Positions 13,162 through 26,711 of a stretch of 64,000 nt of DNA are shown here, in pieces. A program made the translations under genes and the position numbers. A model generated the notes under the pieces. That model did not search any database. It was given only the letters and a program-made list of their open reading frames with translations, and was not told where the DNA came from. Origin of the DNA: the human T2T-CHM13v2.0 reference genome, Homo sapiens. Numbering within the stretch: the stretch's first letter is position 1; the number at the start of each line of letters is the position of its first letter. The stretch lies in the NCBI RefSeq assembly GCF_009914755.1, contig NC_060947.1. One strand, 5' to 3'.

Positions 13162-14554
13162 TTTTATTTTTAAAATTTTATTTCAATAGTTTTGGGGGAG
13201 CAAGTGGTTTTTGGTTACATGGATAAGTTCTTTAGTAGTGATTTCTGAGATTTGGTGTACACGTCACCTGAGCAGTGTACACTGTACCCAGTATGTAGTC
13301 TTTTTTCCCTTGCATCCCTCTCATCCTTCCCCTGGAGTCCCCAAAGCCCATTATATTGTTATTATGTCTTGCATCCTCATGTATTAGCTCTCCTCAAGCT
13401 TAGCTCTCATGTATAAGTGAAAACATACAATATTTGGTTTTCCATTCCTTAGTTACATCACTTAGACTAATGGCCTCCAACTCCATCCAAGTTGCTGCAG
13501 AGGCCATTATTTCATTCTGTTTTATGGCTGAGTAGTATTCTATGGTGTATATATCACACATTTTCTTTATCCACTCCTTGGATGATGGTTATTTTGGTTG
13601 GATCCATATTTTTGCAATTGCAAAAGATGCTGCTATAAACGTGTGTGTATGTGTCTTTTTCAAATCTGGAGGCATCACATTACCTGATGATATGGGTTGG
13701 CTGTGTTCCCACCCAAATCTCATCTTGAATTGTAGCTCCCATAATTTGCTCATGTTGTGGGAGATAATTGAGTCATCAGGGCGGTTTCCCCCATACTGTT
13801 CTCTTTGTAGTGAGTAAGTCTCATGAGATCTGATGGTTTTATAAGGAGAAACCCCTTTTGCTTTGCTGTCATTCTTCTCTTGTCTGCTGCCATATGAGAC
13901 GTGCCTTTCACCTTCTGCCATGATTTTGAGGCCTCCCTAGCCATGTGGAACTGTGAGTCCATTAAACCTCTTTCTTTGGTAAATTGCCCAGTCTTGGATA
14001 TGTCTTTATCAGCAGTGTGAAAACAGACTAGTACACCTGACTTCAAACTGTACTATAAGGCTATAGTTACCAAAGCAGCATGGTACTGGTGTAAAACTAG
14101 GCACATAGACCAATGGAACAGAATAGAGAACCCAGAAATAAAGCCAAATACAGCCAACTGATCTTCGACAAAGCATACAAAAACATAAAGTAGGGAAAGG
14201 ATACCCTATTGAACAAGTGGTGCTGGGATAACTGGTAAGCCGCACATAGAAGAATGAAAATGGATCCCTATCTGTCACCATATACAAACGTCAACTCAAG
14301 ATTGATCAAAGCCTTAAATATAAGGCTTGAAACTATAAAAATTCTAGAAGACAACATTGTAAAAACTCTTGTAGACATCAGTCTAGGCAAAGAATTCATG
14401 ACTAAGACCCCCAAAACAAATACAACAAAAACAAAAATAAACAAATGGCACCTAATTAAACTAAAAAGCTTCTGCACAGCAAAAGAAATCATCAGCAGAC
14501 AAAACACAACCTACAGAGTGGGAGAAAATATTCGCAAACTATGCATTTGACAAA
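13162..14554 (-). mobile_element. 5'-inverted L1PB1-like insertion: 3' part on - strand 13162-13660, inverted part on + strand 13661-14554
   Basis: 15-bp TSD ggttgttgaatttta at 13147-13161 and 14555-14569; strand switch at about 13660. Confidence 0.9.
13688..14035 (+). mobile_element. THE1A-like solo LTR
   Basis: tgatatgggttggctgtg...aaaacagactagtaca, 348 bp; perfect 5-bp TSD cctga at 13683-13687 and 14036-14040. Confidence 0.93.
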
Positions 14555-17500
14555 GGTTGTTGAATTTTACTGAAATCCTTTTTTGCGTCTATTAAGAGGA
14601 TCATAGGGTCTTGTTTTTAGTTCTGTTTATGTGATTAATTACATTTCTTAATTTGCATCCATTAAACCACCCTTGCATCCCAGGTTTAAAGCCTTCTTGG
14701 TCGTGGTGTTTTCCTAGATTTGGCTTTCTAGTATTTCCTAGATGTTTTCCTAGATTTGGCTTTCTAGTATTTTGTTTAGAATTTTTACATCTATGTTTAT
14801 CAGAGTATTGGCCAGAAGTTTTCCTCTTTTGTTGTGTTTCTGTGGGGTTTTGGTATTACAATGATGCTAGCCTCATAGAATGAGTTAGGGAGGAGTCCCT
14901 CCTCCTCAATTTTTGGAATACTTTTAGTAGGATTGGTACCAGCTCTTCTTTATACATCTGGTAGAACTAAGCTGTGAATCTATCTGGTACAAGTTTTTTT
15001 TTTTTTTTTTTTTTTTTTTCTGGTTGGTAGGCTTTTTATTACTGATTAAATTTCTGAACTCATTATTTCTGTGTTCCGAGTTTTAATTTCTTCATGGTTC
15101 AATCTTGGGTGGTATATATTTCTAGGAATTTATTTGTTTCTTCCAGGTTTTCTAGCTTGTGTTCATAGAGGATTTCATAATAGTTTCTGGGGGTTGTTTG
15201 TATTTCCATGTAGTTGGTGGTAATGTTCCATTTGTCATTTCTGATTGTGTTTATTTGGATCTTCTTTTTTTCACTATTAGTCTAGCTAGTTGTCTCTCAG
15301 TCTTATTTATTTCTTCAAAAAACCAACTTTTTTTTATCTTTTGTGTCGTTTTTCACATCTCTATTATATTGAGTTGCTCTATGATTTTGGTTATTATTTT
15401 TCTTCTGCTACCTTTTTGGTTGGTTGGTTCTTGTTTTTCAAATTCCTCTAGGTGTGATGTTAGGTGATGTTAATTTGAGATCTGTCAAGCTTTTTGATGT
15501 GGATTTTCAGTGCTATAAACTTTCCTCTTAATAGTGCTTTAGCTGTGTCCCAGGGGTTCTGGTATGTTGTATCTTTGTTTTCATTAGTTTCAAATCATTT
15601 TTTGGTTTCTGCCCTAATTTCATTGTGTACCCAAAAGTAATTCAGGAGCATATTGTTTAATTTCCATGTAATTGTATGGTTTTGAGAGATTTTGGTATCG
15701 ACTTTTTTTTTTTTAATTGCACGTGGTCTGAGAATGTGATTGGCATGATTTCAGTTTTTTTTGTGTGTGTATTTTTTGAGAACTGCTTTAGGGCTGATTG
15801 TGTGGTCAATTTTAGAGTATGTGCCATGTGCAGATGAGATTAATGTATATTCTGTTTTTGTTGGGTGGAGTGTTATGTAGATGTCTGTTAGATCCATATG
15901 GTCATGTGTCAAGTTCAGGTCCTGGTATCTTTGTTAGTTTTCTGTGTTGATATTTCTAGTACTGCCAGTGGGGTGTTGAGGTTTCCCACTGTTATTGTCT
16001 ATTTATGTAAATCTCCTTGTAGGTATCTAAGAACTAGAACTTACTTTATGAATCTGGGCACTCCAGTATTGGGTGCATATATATTTAGTATTGTTAAGTC
16101 TTCTTGAACTCCTTATTATATAATGTCCTTCTTTGTCCTTTTTTGATCATTGGTTTAAAGTCTTTTTTGTGTGAAATTAGATTAGCATCCCCTGCCCTTT
16201 TTCATATTGTGTTTCCTTGGTGAATTTTTCTCCATCCATTTAATTTGAGCCTGTGGATGTCACTGCATGTGAGATGGGTCTCTTGAAGGCAGCATACAAT
16301 TGGTTTTTACTTCTTTATCTAACTTGCCACTGCATGCCTTTCAAATGGGGCATTTAGCCTGTTTACATTCAAGTTTAACATTGATATGTGCAGATTTGGT
16401 CCTGTCATCATGTTGTTAGCGGGTTAATATGCAGATTTGATTGTGTGGTTGCTTTGTAGTATCAGTAGTCTATGTACTTAAGGGGATTTTTGTGGTGCCA
16501 CTGACAGTCTTTCATTTCCATGTTTAGCCCTCCTTTAAGGACCTCTCGTAAGGCAGATCTGGTGGTAACAAATTTCCTTAGCATTTGTTTGTCTGACAAG
16601 AATCTTATTTCTCATTAGCTTATGAAGCATATTTTGGCTGGATATGATATTCTTGCTTGGAATTTGTTTTATTTAAGAATGCTGCATATAGGCCCCAAAT
16701 CTCTTCTGGCTTATAGCATTTCTGCTGGAAGGCCACTCTTAGCCTGATGGAACTCCCTTTACAGATGACCTTCTTCTTCTCTCTAGCTGCCTTTAATATT
16801 TTTTCACATTGACCCTGAAGAATATGATGAGTATGTGTCTTGGGGATGGTCATCTTATATACTGTCTCACATGGCTTCTATTCATTTCTTGAATTTGAAT
16901 GTTGACCTTTCTAGTGAGGTTGGGGACGTTTTCATGGACAATATTCTCAAATATGTTTTCCAAGTTACTGTATCTTTCTCTCTGTGTTTTAGGGATGCCA
17001 GTGAGTCATTGGTTTGGTCTCTTTACATAATTCCACATTTCCAGAGGTTTTGTTCCTTTTTTATTCTCTTTGTTTTTGTCTAACTGAGTTGATTGGAAGA
17101 ACTGATCTTCAAGCTCAGATTCTTCCCTCAGGTTGGTCTTTTCTGCTGTTAGTACTTCTGATTATATTATGAAATTTTTACAGTACATTTTTTCGGTTCT
17201 TTCTATTGGTTTTGGTTCTTAAAATAGCAATTTTATCTTTCAACTCTTGTATTGTTTTATTTAATTCTTTAAATACTTTGGATTTGGTTCAACTTTCTTC
17301 TGAATCTTGATGTTCTTCATTCCTATCTATATTCTAAACCTTTTGTCTTTCATTTCCACCACTTTAGTCTGGTTGAGTACCATTGCTGTGGAGGTAGTGC
17401 TGTTGTTTGGAGGTAAGAAGACACTGGCTTTTCCAGTTGCCCGAGTTCTTGCACTCATTCTTTTTCATGTGTGGGCTGACGTTCCTTTAATGTTTGATGT

Positions 17501-18509
17501 TGCTGTCCTTTAGATTTGTTGTTGTTTTGTTTTGCTGCAGTAATTGTAAAAGTGGTGTGTCTCTTGATTACTTCTGGGAGCTCCATCTCAGGGAAATGCA
17601 GAGCTGCTGCCAGCCCAAGTGCTCAGGTTGGGGTAGGGTGGCTGTACTGGGGACCCTGGTAGGGAAGCTCTGCTCAGTGAGGAGTAGCACTGGCAGAGAC
17701 CTGCATGGAAAATAATCTGGCCACTTTTCTGTAAGGCTGCTGCAGTGTGCTGGAGGCCAGCAATATTTTGGGCTCTTCTCTCCCTTCTCAGCCTGAGTGT
17801 AGTAGAGGTGGGGGCTGAGGCATTGGCAAAAATGTCAGTCCTGTCAGTTACTTCTGGGAGGTTTATCCCAGAAGAATTGCAGAGCTGCTATTGGCCTGAA
17901 TTCTTAGGTGGGGTTGGTGTGGTTGTGTTAGGATCCCAGGCCAGTGGGCTTTGCCTAGACAGGTATAGCAGAGGCAAAGCCTGCAGTCCGTCCATTCCTC
18001 AGCACCATGAATATGGTCCCTATCCTGGGGGCATGTGAGAGAGTCTGGCCTCCCTTGTTGGTGGAGCTATGTAGCTGGTGCAAGAGTGCTCAGGAGTCCA
18101 AGGCCCTTGGGCATCCTTATGTGCCTGAGTGGCAACTCTGCCCACCCAGAAAACTCCAGGCAACCTGTGTCAGTCTGGAGGCCTTGGGAATAGAGGGTCT
18201 ATGGGGATCTCCTGTGTCCAGGACTGCAAAGGTTCATGGCATAAGTGTGAGTGTCTGGGGGCTTTTGCTGACTTACCATTTCCCTGTGGTGAGGAGCCCC
18301 CCCTTGTCTTCCTGCCAGTCCTGGGTGGGCAGCTGTCCTGTCTTGCACTTTTCTGCTCTCTGTGGGTCATGGTGCTCCCTTGATGAATTCCAGCATGTCC
18401 TCCTGGATGATTCAGTGGAAGAGCTTGTGTTCACTGGCTACTGTGTATCTTCTCCTTGAGAGCAGCATACACTGGCTGCTTCTAATCAGCCATCTTCACA
18501 CCTCCCAAA

Positions 18510-19385
18510 ACAAAAATTCTTAATAGCAAGAGCTAACCAAATACAAAATCAGTAGAAGAAAAGAAATAATAAAGATCAGAACAGAAATAAATGAAATTGA
18601 AATGAAGAAAATAATACAAAAGATCAATGAAACAAAACGTTGGTTGTTTTAAAAGATGAAATTTACAAACCTTTAGCTAGACTAACAAAACAAAAGAGAG
18701 AGAACACCCAAATAAATAAAATCAGAGATGAAAAAGGAGACATTCAACCAATACTGCAGACATTCAAAGGATCATTAGTGGCTGCTGTGATCAACTATAT
18801 GCCAATAAGTTGGAAAATCTAGAAGAAATGGATAAATTCCCAGACACACACAACCTACCAACATTGAACCATGAAGAAATCCAAAATCTGAACAGACAGA
18901 TAACAATGAGATGGAAGATGTAGTAAAAATCTCCCCAGAAGGAAAAGCCTGGGACTTGATGGCTTCACTGCTGGATTTTACCAAATATTTAAAGAAGAAA
19001 TACCAGTTCTACTGAAACTATTCTGAAAAACAGAGAAGAGGGGAATACTTCCAAACTCATTCTACAAGGCTAATATTACCCTGATATTACAGCACATCAA
19101 TAAAGAAAACTATAGACCAATATCCCTGATGAATATTGATGCAAAAATCCTCAACAAAATACCAGCAAATCAAATTCCAAAACACATTCAAAAGATCATT
19201 CATCATGACCAAGTAGGATTTATCCTAGCGATGCAAGGATGGTTCAGCATATGCAGATCAGTTAGTGTGGTACATCATATCAACAGAATGAAGGATTAAA
19301 ATCATAATAATCATTTCAACTGATGGTGAAAAAGCATTTGATAAAATTCAACATCAGTTCATGATAAAAAACCTTCAAAAAACTT
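18510..19385 (+). mobile_element. L1MA-type ORF2 internal fragment
   Basis: KPLARLTKQKRENTQINKIRDEKGDI; gatgcaaaaatcctcaacaaaata; gaaaaagcatttgataaaattcaac. Confidence 0.85.
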
Positions 19386-19867
19386 GCTATCACAGGAAGC
19401 TCGCCCTGTATTTTTCCCTGGAGAAATGGTACAGTATTCTGTAAATCAGTATTCACAGCTACTTTATAGAATATAACTGCTGGAAATAACAAGAATCAGC
19501 TATATTTTTATTGCAGGCACAGTTGGAGGGGGTGAGTCTTACGGGTAAGTTACCTCATGCTCATATTTTAGCCCTGCTGTTTGTAAATTTCCATGTGAGA
19601 GATATCTGTTTTAGGACCTGTTATATTTTGTAGAGAGCCAGTATTTAATCTCTCATTGATTTTAAATAAGTCGTAATTTTGACTTGACGAGTTATTATTT
19701 CGAGTTACAAATAGTTTTAAGTTAAGGTCTTTCCTCTCGTGAAAACTCGATTATCTCTGCTCACTTTTAATGCTGTTTGATTAATGACAGCCTCATGAGG
19801 CTGTAAGTTTTTTATAACACCCCAAACTCTAATAACTTTTTGAATATCTTATTTGGTTTTCTAAATT

Positions 19868-20055
19868 GGAGGCTGGCAATTTTTTTTTTTTTTGTAAATG
19901 GCCACATGGTAAATGTTTTAGGCTTTGCAGCATGCATAAGATTTCTTGTCATATATTCTTCTTTGTTTTTACAAATCTTTAAATATGTTTTTTAAAAACA
20001 TTTTAAACTTAGAGTCCAGGCCAGATTTAGCCCAGAGTTGTAGCTTGCCAGTCTT
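19868..20055. mobile_element. MER58-type hAT-Charlie element
   Basis: ggctggcaa...gtaaatgttttaggctttgc...ggccagatttagccc...gcttgccag terminal pattern. Confidence 0.65.
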
Positions 20056-20489
20056 TTTTCAGAAATTTTCAATGTGCTGTACCATTAGCTTTCCCTCTTT
20101 AAGATAGTGACATGTACTTCACCAGTATAACTTAGACTTGTAGATACCCTAGTGTGCCAGTCTTCCTGATTTCTTTTGACAAAAATTGCAACCTTTTTTT
20201 GTTTGGAGGTAATAAATATGTTGGATAGATTTTATTGTTATCACTGTTCTCACTAGAGCCTGATTAGCATGAAATACATGTGCAAAGAAAAATGAGGAAT
20301 AAGCAGAGCCACTTAATTTTTTTATTCAGCAAACAGAAGGAATGGGAAACTAAACTTAATTGCCTATGTACCAAGTGTAAGCCATTTTAATATAACTCCT
20401 TATTTAATCCTTGTGATAATCAACAGGATGGCATACACATTTTTTCAGATATTTAACCTAATAATAGTTAACCTAATTAAGACATTTTC

Positions 20490-20660
20490 TAGAATTTTCT
20501 GCAATGATGGGCTTGTTTTATATCTGTGCTCTACATTATGGCTGTTGAGCACTTGAAATGGAACTAATGTGACTGAAGTTTTTATTTATTAATAATTTTA
20601 ATTTCAATTTAAATAACCACATGTGGCTAGTAGTAACCATACTGGGCAGCACAACTTGAA
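20490..20660. mobile_element. MER3-type hAT element
   Basis: ttctgcaatgatgg...ttgagcacttgaaatg...ccacatgtggctagt...gggcagcaca. Confidence 0.7.
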
Positions 20661-20722
20661 GAGCTTCAATAATTGATTCAAGTTTAGACAGTAAGTTCCG
20701 TGTAACTCCTAAGCTCATATTT

Positions 20723-21050
<328 letters not shown>

Positions 21051-22364
21051 TAAGCTCATATTTTTTTTCCATTGTGCCATACTGCCTCCTCAATAAAAGT
21101 CAAGGAATCTATGAAGACAGTAGGAAAGAATGGGTGGACCTTTATTACCTTACAGAGTAAAAAATGTGGAGAAAGTACTTAGGCAATTTTCAAGGTATAT
21201 TAACTTTTAGGCCATGAGCTCAATTAGTAAATCCATAATCTGGAATATTAGATCATAATTATCAGCAATATCTATGAAATTCTTTTATAGTCTACATATT
21301 ATTATTACATTATATGAAGTAACATGAGTATACTCTGTGATCATTAGTGTGTTGAAAAAATTCAGCATACTTTGAAAGTATTTGTCTTATATCCAGGGAG
21401 TAGTCTCTTAAGAAGAAGTAAAGTCTAGTCAGGTATTTCAAAAAAAGCTTTTCAATGTTATAAAATTTTACATCCTTCCTATAATATAGAGATTTTATTA
21501 ACAAAATTTCCCTGGTTCATGGGGACCATACTTGCTGGCATCAGTTTTAATATACATTTAAATTATACCTAACATAGGTATGGTGTGGAAATCTTGTTAT
21601 TTCATTAATGAATACCAACTGGGTATAAGAAATAAAAAAATTGATGTCTTTAAGGGATGCATGTGCAGATAAATCATTCTGTGATGCTGTTTCCTGTACT
21701 AGAAGGAGGCATGGGGGAGGAGAATAAAAAAAAATTTATCTTCTTAGTGTTGACTCTTAATTTTACCCTGTATTTTTACAGCCCCAATCTAAATCAGAGT
21801 CCTGCCCAGTTTAAACAGGAAATTACTTAACTGATTGATGCCTGAGTAGCTTCCCTTGCTCTTCTCAGAAAATATTAAAAACAGTGTCAGAAATGAAGTA
21901 TAGGTACTATCACTGTCATTGGAGAACATTTAGAATCCTTTAGCCAGTGATTCTTCCAGGTGTTGCACAATTTTATTTGTGTGTAAAACAAGGAGACTGC
22001 TTCCCTCATAATGTCCTTTGTCAAATTCAGGAAGCTTCTTTCCCATCTAAAGAATCAGAGTGTTAAAATATTTGTACCTTGGAAAGCTTTACAGTTGGCC
22101 TTGTTGAATGGATAATCTTTGGGAATTATTTTGGTACCTGAATAACACTAGAAGACTTTATTCTTAGAGCCAGTACTTTTCCTCATTCTTAATTCAAATC
22201 AAGTTATAGCTAAAACAAAGATCACTTTTTGCTTTAGATTTAGCAAGAAACAGGTAAAAGGGAATGCATTGGGAAAATCAGGGGCAAAGGATTTATAATA
22301 GAAAGAATTCATTTTTTATGGATAATGTTAATATAAATTGTATTTCAAGATGCAGCCTGCATCA

Positions 22365-22587
22365 CTCAGTACTCCAGACCACTCTTATCCTTTACTTTCT
22401 CCAGAGCATTTATCAACTTATAATATAACATATAGTTTATTGTGTTTATTGCCTGCCTCCTCTCTACTGGAATGTCATTTGTATGAGAACAGGAATCTTT
22501 GTTTTGTTCACTGATATATTCTAAGCACTAAGACCAGAGTCTGGCACATAGTAGGTGTTCAATTGATGTTTGTGGACTGAATGAATA
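22365..22587 (+). mobile_element. L2a 3' end
   Basis: ctggcacatagtaggtgttcaattgatgtttgtggactgaatgaat. Confidence 0.8.
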
Positions 22588-22914
22588 TCAAGACCAATCC
22601 CACTCCATTCCTCAGATTTTAGTAATTATTACATTGCTATATTATTACATAATAATATTCCAGATAAATATTATATTGCTATATTTCTTATGAAGTAGTT
22701 AACAAACAGGTAAAAATAGTGCTCTGCCATCCAGTATGAGAAGATAATTTTATGAACTATGTCTTAAAAATGTCTGAGGTAATTTGGAGTGTTTGAGTAT
22801 TTAATATATTAAAGTGAAACCAATAGATTTCCTGAGATTCCTCCAGTATTTATTAGGAAATGGAAGATGGAAAGCTTTTCAACTAAAAAGATGTTTTTGA
22901 TATATCTTTCTTAG

Positions 22915-23019
22915 ATGGGAAAACTGACAACCATGCCTGCAGGTCTGATATATGCATCTGTAAGTGTACATGCAGCCAAACAAGAGGAATCCAAAAAGCA
23001 GCTAGTGAAACCAGAGCAG
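22915..23019 (+). CDS. APOOL: APOOL exon 2, MGKLTTMPAGLIYASVSVHAAKQEESKKQLVKPEQ
   Basis: ctttcttag|ATG...CAG|gtaatt; 105 nt, phase 0-0. Confidence 0.96.
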
Positions 23020-23359
23020 GTAATTTGCCTACAAAGGTTTATGAACTTTGTATAATATCAAGATGACACAAAAGCTATATTTTTTAAAATTATCTTTGCC
23101 CATCAAAAATGTCTTAGAAGTCTTTGTTAGGTAGATATTAAAAGTTGAGAGAAATAGTTATGAAGTATCTCAAAAGACAATATGTAACTCAAACATCTAA
23201 AATTCTAACTCCAGTGAAAAACAACTAGTGATTTTTCTTAATGAATAATCAATAAGTAGTGGAGGGTGTTAGACGTTCTAGGCAGTCTGATTTTTCTTTC
23301 TTGAAAAACTTACACAGGTACATTCAGTATTAGGAAACTTCAGTTTAACAAATTCATTA

Positions 23360-24270
23360 AGATCTCAGTTTTGGAAGTGACCTTAGATGTTTTCTAGATC
23401 AACCTTCTGTATGGTACTGTAATTCCCTCTATAGTAGGCACATTTAGTGGCCATATATCTTCTACATGAATAAAACTCTAGGTAAAGGAGCCTAAGGAGC
23501 CCATTCCGTTTTCTAAATCCTCTCATTTAACTTAAGGTCCTTTCTTATATCAGACAGAAATTTGTCTCATAATAACTTCTACCTGTTGGTACTGTATCTC
23601 TTGCATTGGTGCCATACAGAAAACTCTCTTTCAAAAAACAAGCCTTTAAATATCAGTTATACTTTAAGTAATTTTGCTTCCAGGATAAACATTTTAAAGC
23701 GTTTAGTAGCTTCAACTATTTCTCATACATCACAGCTTTGAGTTCCTCACTATCATGATCAGCCTCTGCCAAGCATGTTCAGGATAGTGTTTTCTTCAGG
23801 TGTAAGTAGTTTGTTTTTCTTTTTAAAAAACATTTTGGTTTTTGGTGCCATGACTTGGATGTATGAACCACGGTGTTTTGACTGCTACAGGATAGAGTCA
23901 GTCTCTGACTTTTCCTCTTCTAGATGTTATATTTCTATTAATGCTGCCTAAGATCACATTAGTTTTTATATTTGAGTGCTCAAAATCAACCATGCTCATA
24001 AGCAGCCTTTGACCATGACATAGTAAGCATGTGGTTCTCTAAAATTCATTAAGCCTTTTTACATGGACTACTGGTAAGGTATGCCTCATCCCAGTCTGTA
24101 CTTAGGCATTTGAACTTTTTGGACTCTGTTGAAGGTATGTTTATACCTGTTTAAATTTTACCTTGTTGATCTGGCTTATCATGCCAGCCTGTTGAGCTGT
24201 AATTGTGGTTACTAATTCTATTCATCATTGTGCTTTTTATCTCTTCCCGCTTTAAGTCAACCTTAAGATT
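23360..24270 (-). mobile_element. L3/CR1 LINE remnant
   Basis: ttggaagtgaccttagatg..ctagatcaacc, ttctattaatgctgcctaagatcacattag, taaattttaccttgttgat; very diverged. Confidence 0.6.
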
Positions 24271-25971
24271 TATCCACACACTTAATAATATGTTTTTGAA
24301 TCAGGCCTGAATTTGAATCCTGATTCCACGACTGACTAGTTAGATGACATTGGCCAGAATTCTTAATGGTGTCATAAGTATTCTGCTGTATGAATGTACT
24401 ACCATCAAATAAATGTAAAATTTTCATAAATTTTTGGAAATGTAGACTATTTCCAGCTATTGCTATTGTAATCAGTACTTGTTGAACCACTTTGTATTGA
24501 ATCTATATATACATCTATAACCATTTCCTTAGAATGAATTTCTATAAGCCGAAGTGTAGGTCAAAAGGCATAAAACATTGATAATATTGCCAAACTAACA
24601 TGCATAAAGGTAATATTCATAAATTCAACCAAAAATATTTTCTAAGCTCCTCTTATATATTTGTGAGGCACTGTTCTAATTACTAGATAAAGTTTATTTT
24701 CATTAATGGTCTGGGGTAGACTCATTTCCCTACCCGCTAACTGATTCTAAGTATTTTTTTATTTTTTCTGTTTATTAATCTTAGGAGGATGTTGATTTTA
24801 AGGCTTCCTTGACACTCCCATATCTGGACAGCTCAAATCTAGGTAGGAAGATAAATCCCTAATGGCTGAATTTAATTTTTGAAATTTTAAAATAAAGTAG
24901 TGCTGCTTATTATGGAATATGCAGTATTCCTTGGTATTTATTGTATTCCCCAAGTACATTTTAAATATCATTTAATTGAATTACTTATCAAACAAAGTTT
25001 GTTGCCAGCTATGTGCTAGGAACTATACACAAAGTCAGGATCTAGTCCTTGAGGAATGTAGAATTTCTGAAGGGATTAAAATGTGATTTATGCGCAACAT
25101 TTCTAGCTACTTTTATTGTGTAAAGTGAGCTATACTTCTGTTTAAATCTGTAATAACACTTCTACTAAACCAGAATACTTTATGAATGAAGTGTTCTGGT
25201 TATTTGGTTGTTTGAATCTTTTGGTAAACTTGCAGCTAAACAGAAAATCTGTTTTAGTTCAACTCTTCTCACTAAACATCTTTTTAAATATTCTCAATAT
25301 ATTCCTGCCTTATATGCCATCTAGTGAACATAATTAAATCTCCCTTTAATAGAAAACTCTGTAGCACCATGAGACAATCATTTTTTTTAACCATGAAATC
25401 TGTAGTATTCAGATCAGTAAAATGACTGGCAATTGGAATGCATGTATACAGCCAGCCCTAGACATCCCTGGACATTTCTTTTTAAAATCCCTCTATGAGA
25501 TGAATTATACTTATTTTCTTGCCATTTGCTTGTTGTCACTGAGAAATAACAGAAAAATACTGATTTGAGAGTTTTAGTTACTTTGGTTCAATTTAATTTT
25601 AAATGTGGTTTTATAGCTTACTCAATGTAATCATAATTTCTAAATGAGAACATACAAGTTCTATCTATACAATAAGTGGCATTTAAGCCCCAAGGTCTCT
25701 AAAATTTGTAGTGAGAATGCTTTTCTCAATGGAGGCTATAGTAACATGCTACTGGCTAGCTCTTAAAATTCTTAAAGTAGAGCTGAAATCCTATCATCAT
25801 AAACGTTTCAACTATGCCTATGCCTTAGAAGGAAAATACTTTAAAACACTGGTTCTTAACCATTCTGACCCCTTTGAGAGTCTGATAAAAACTTTGAATG
25901 CTCTTCCTAGAAAACTACATATACAAAATTTTGTTTATAATAGGCAACAAACAGATAAAGAACCTGAACCC

Positions 25972-26281
25972 GTGAGGCGCAGTGCCTCATGCTTGTAATC
26001 CCAGCACTTTAGGATGCCAAGGCGGGCGGATTGCTTGAGCTCAAGAATTGGAGACCAGTCTGGGCAACAGGGTGAAACCCCATCTCTACAAAAAAAATAC
26101 AAAAATTAGCCGGGTTTGTTGGGGGTGTGCCTGTAGTCCCAGCTACTCGGGATGCTGAGGTGAGAGGATTGCTTGAGCCCGGGAGGTTGAGGCTACAGTG
26201 AGCTGTGTTCATGCCACTGTACTCTAGACTGGATGACAAAACAAGACCGTCTCAAAAAACAAACAAACAAACAAAAAACAA
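25972..26281 (+). mobile_element. AluJ (Jb-like)
   Basis: ggattgcttgagc in both arms, gaggctacagtgagc, (CAAA)n tail. Confidence 0.9.
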
Positions 26282-26711
26282 CTTAATCAGCAGGTTTTGA
26301 TGGGGACAGAGGAGAGAGAATAAGAACAATGAGTGTAATAAAGTTTGGAATTGGGATGTGTAAATAATAAAGAGGATAGAAACATGATGGACAAACATGT
26401 AAGTAAATAACGTTGCCCACTCTGACACCAGTACATCCACATATACCTCTCCTTTCTAGGGGAGAGAGGAAACTTGCCTATTTGCAGTGCACCTGCTTTT
26501 TATATATAAAACGCATCTTTAATAAGATATGCATCTCTCACCTTCCTAATTATACATAGTTGCCAATGTGGTGAATTTAAGCATTAGTCCAGAAAGATAA
26601 AACACTAACTCTTTAATCCTGGTATGGGTAGTAAAGAGTCATTTAATGGTAAAACAAGACTTTTCTGACTTACTACTGGAAAAGCTTTACCAAACTCACA
26701 CTGTCTTATGT

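Larger units (their letters stand above)
10924..18506 (-). mobile_element. Near full-length, degraded L1PA15/16-like LINE-1, interrupted at 13162-14554
   Basis: 3'UTR at 10.93 kb, ORF2 remnants, ORF1 remnant (ILKAAREK, 16620-16853), GC-richer 5'UTR at 17.5-18.5 kb ending in rc GGGAGGTGTGAAGATGGCTGATTAGAAGCAGC. Confidence 0.9.

Noticed and set aside
18007-18459. 150-aa ORF antisense in the L1 5'UTR as an ORF0-like protein
   Set aside because: No resemblance to ORF0, which belongs to younger L1PA 5'UTRs, or to any protein I recognise. It is likely a chance ORF in GC-richer UTR sequence.
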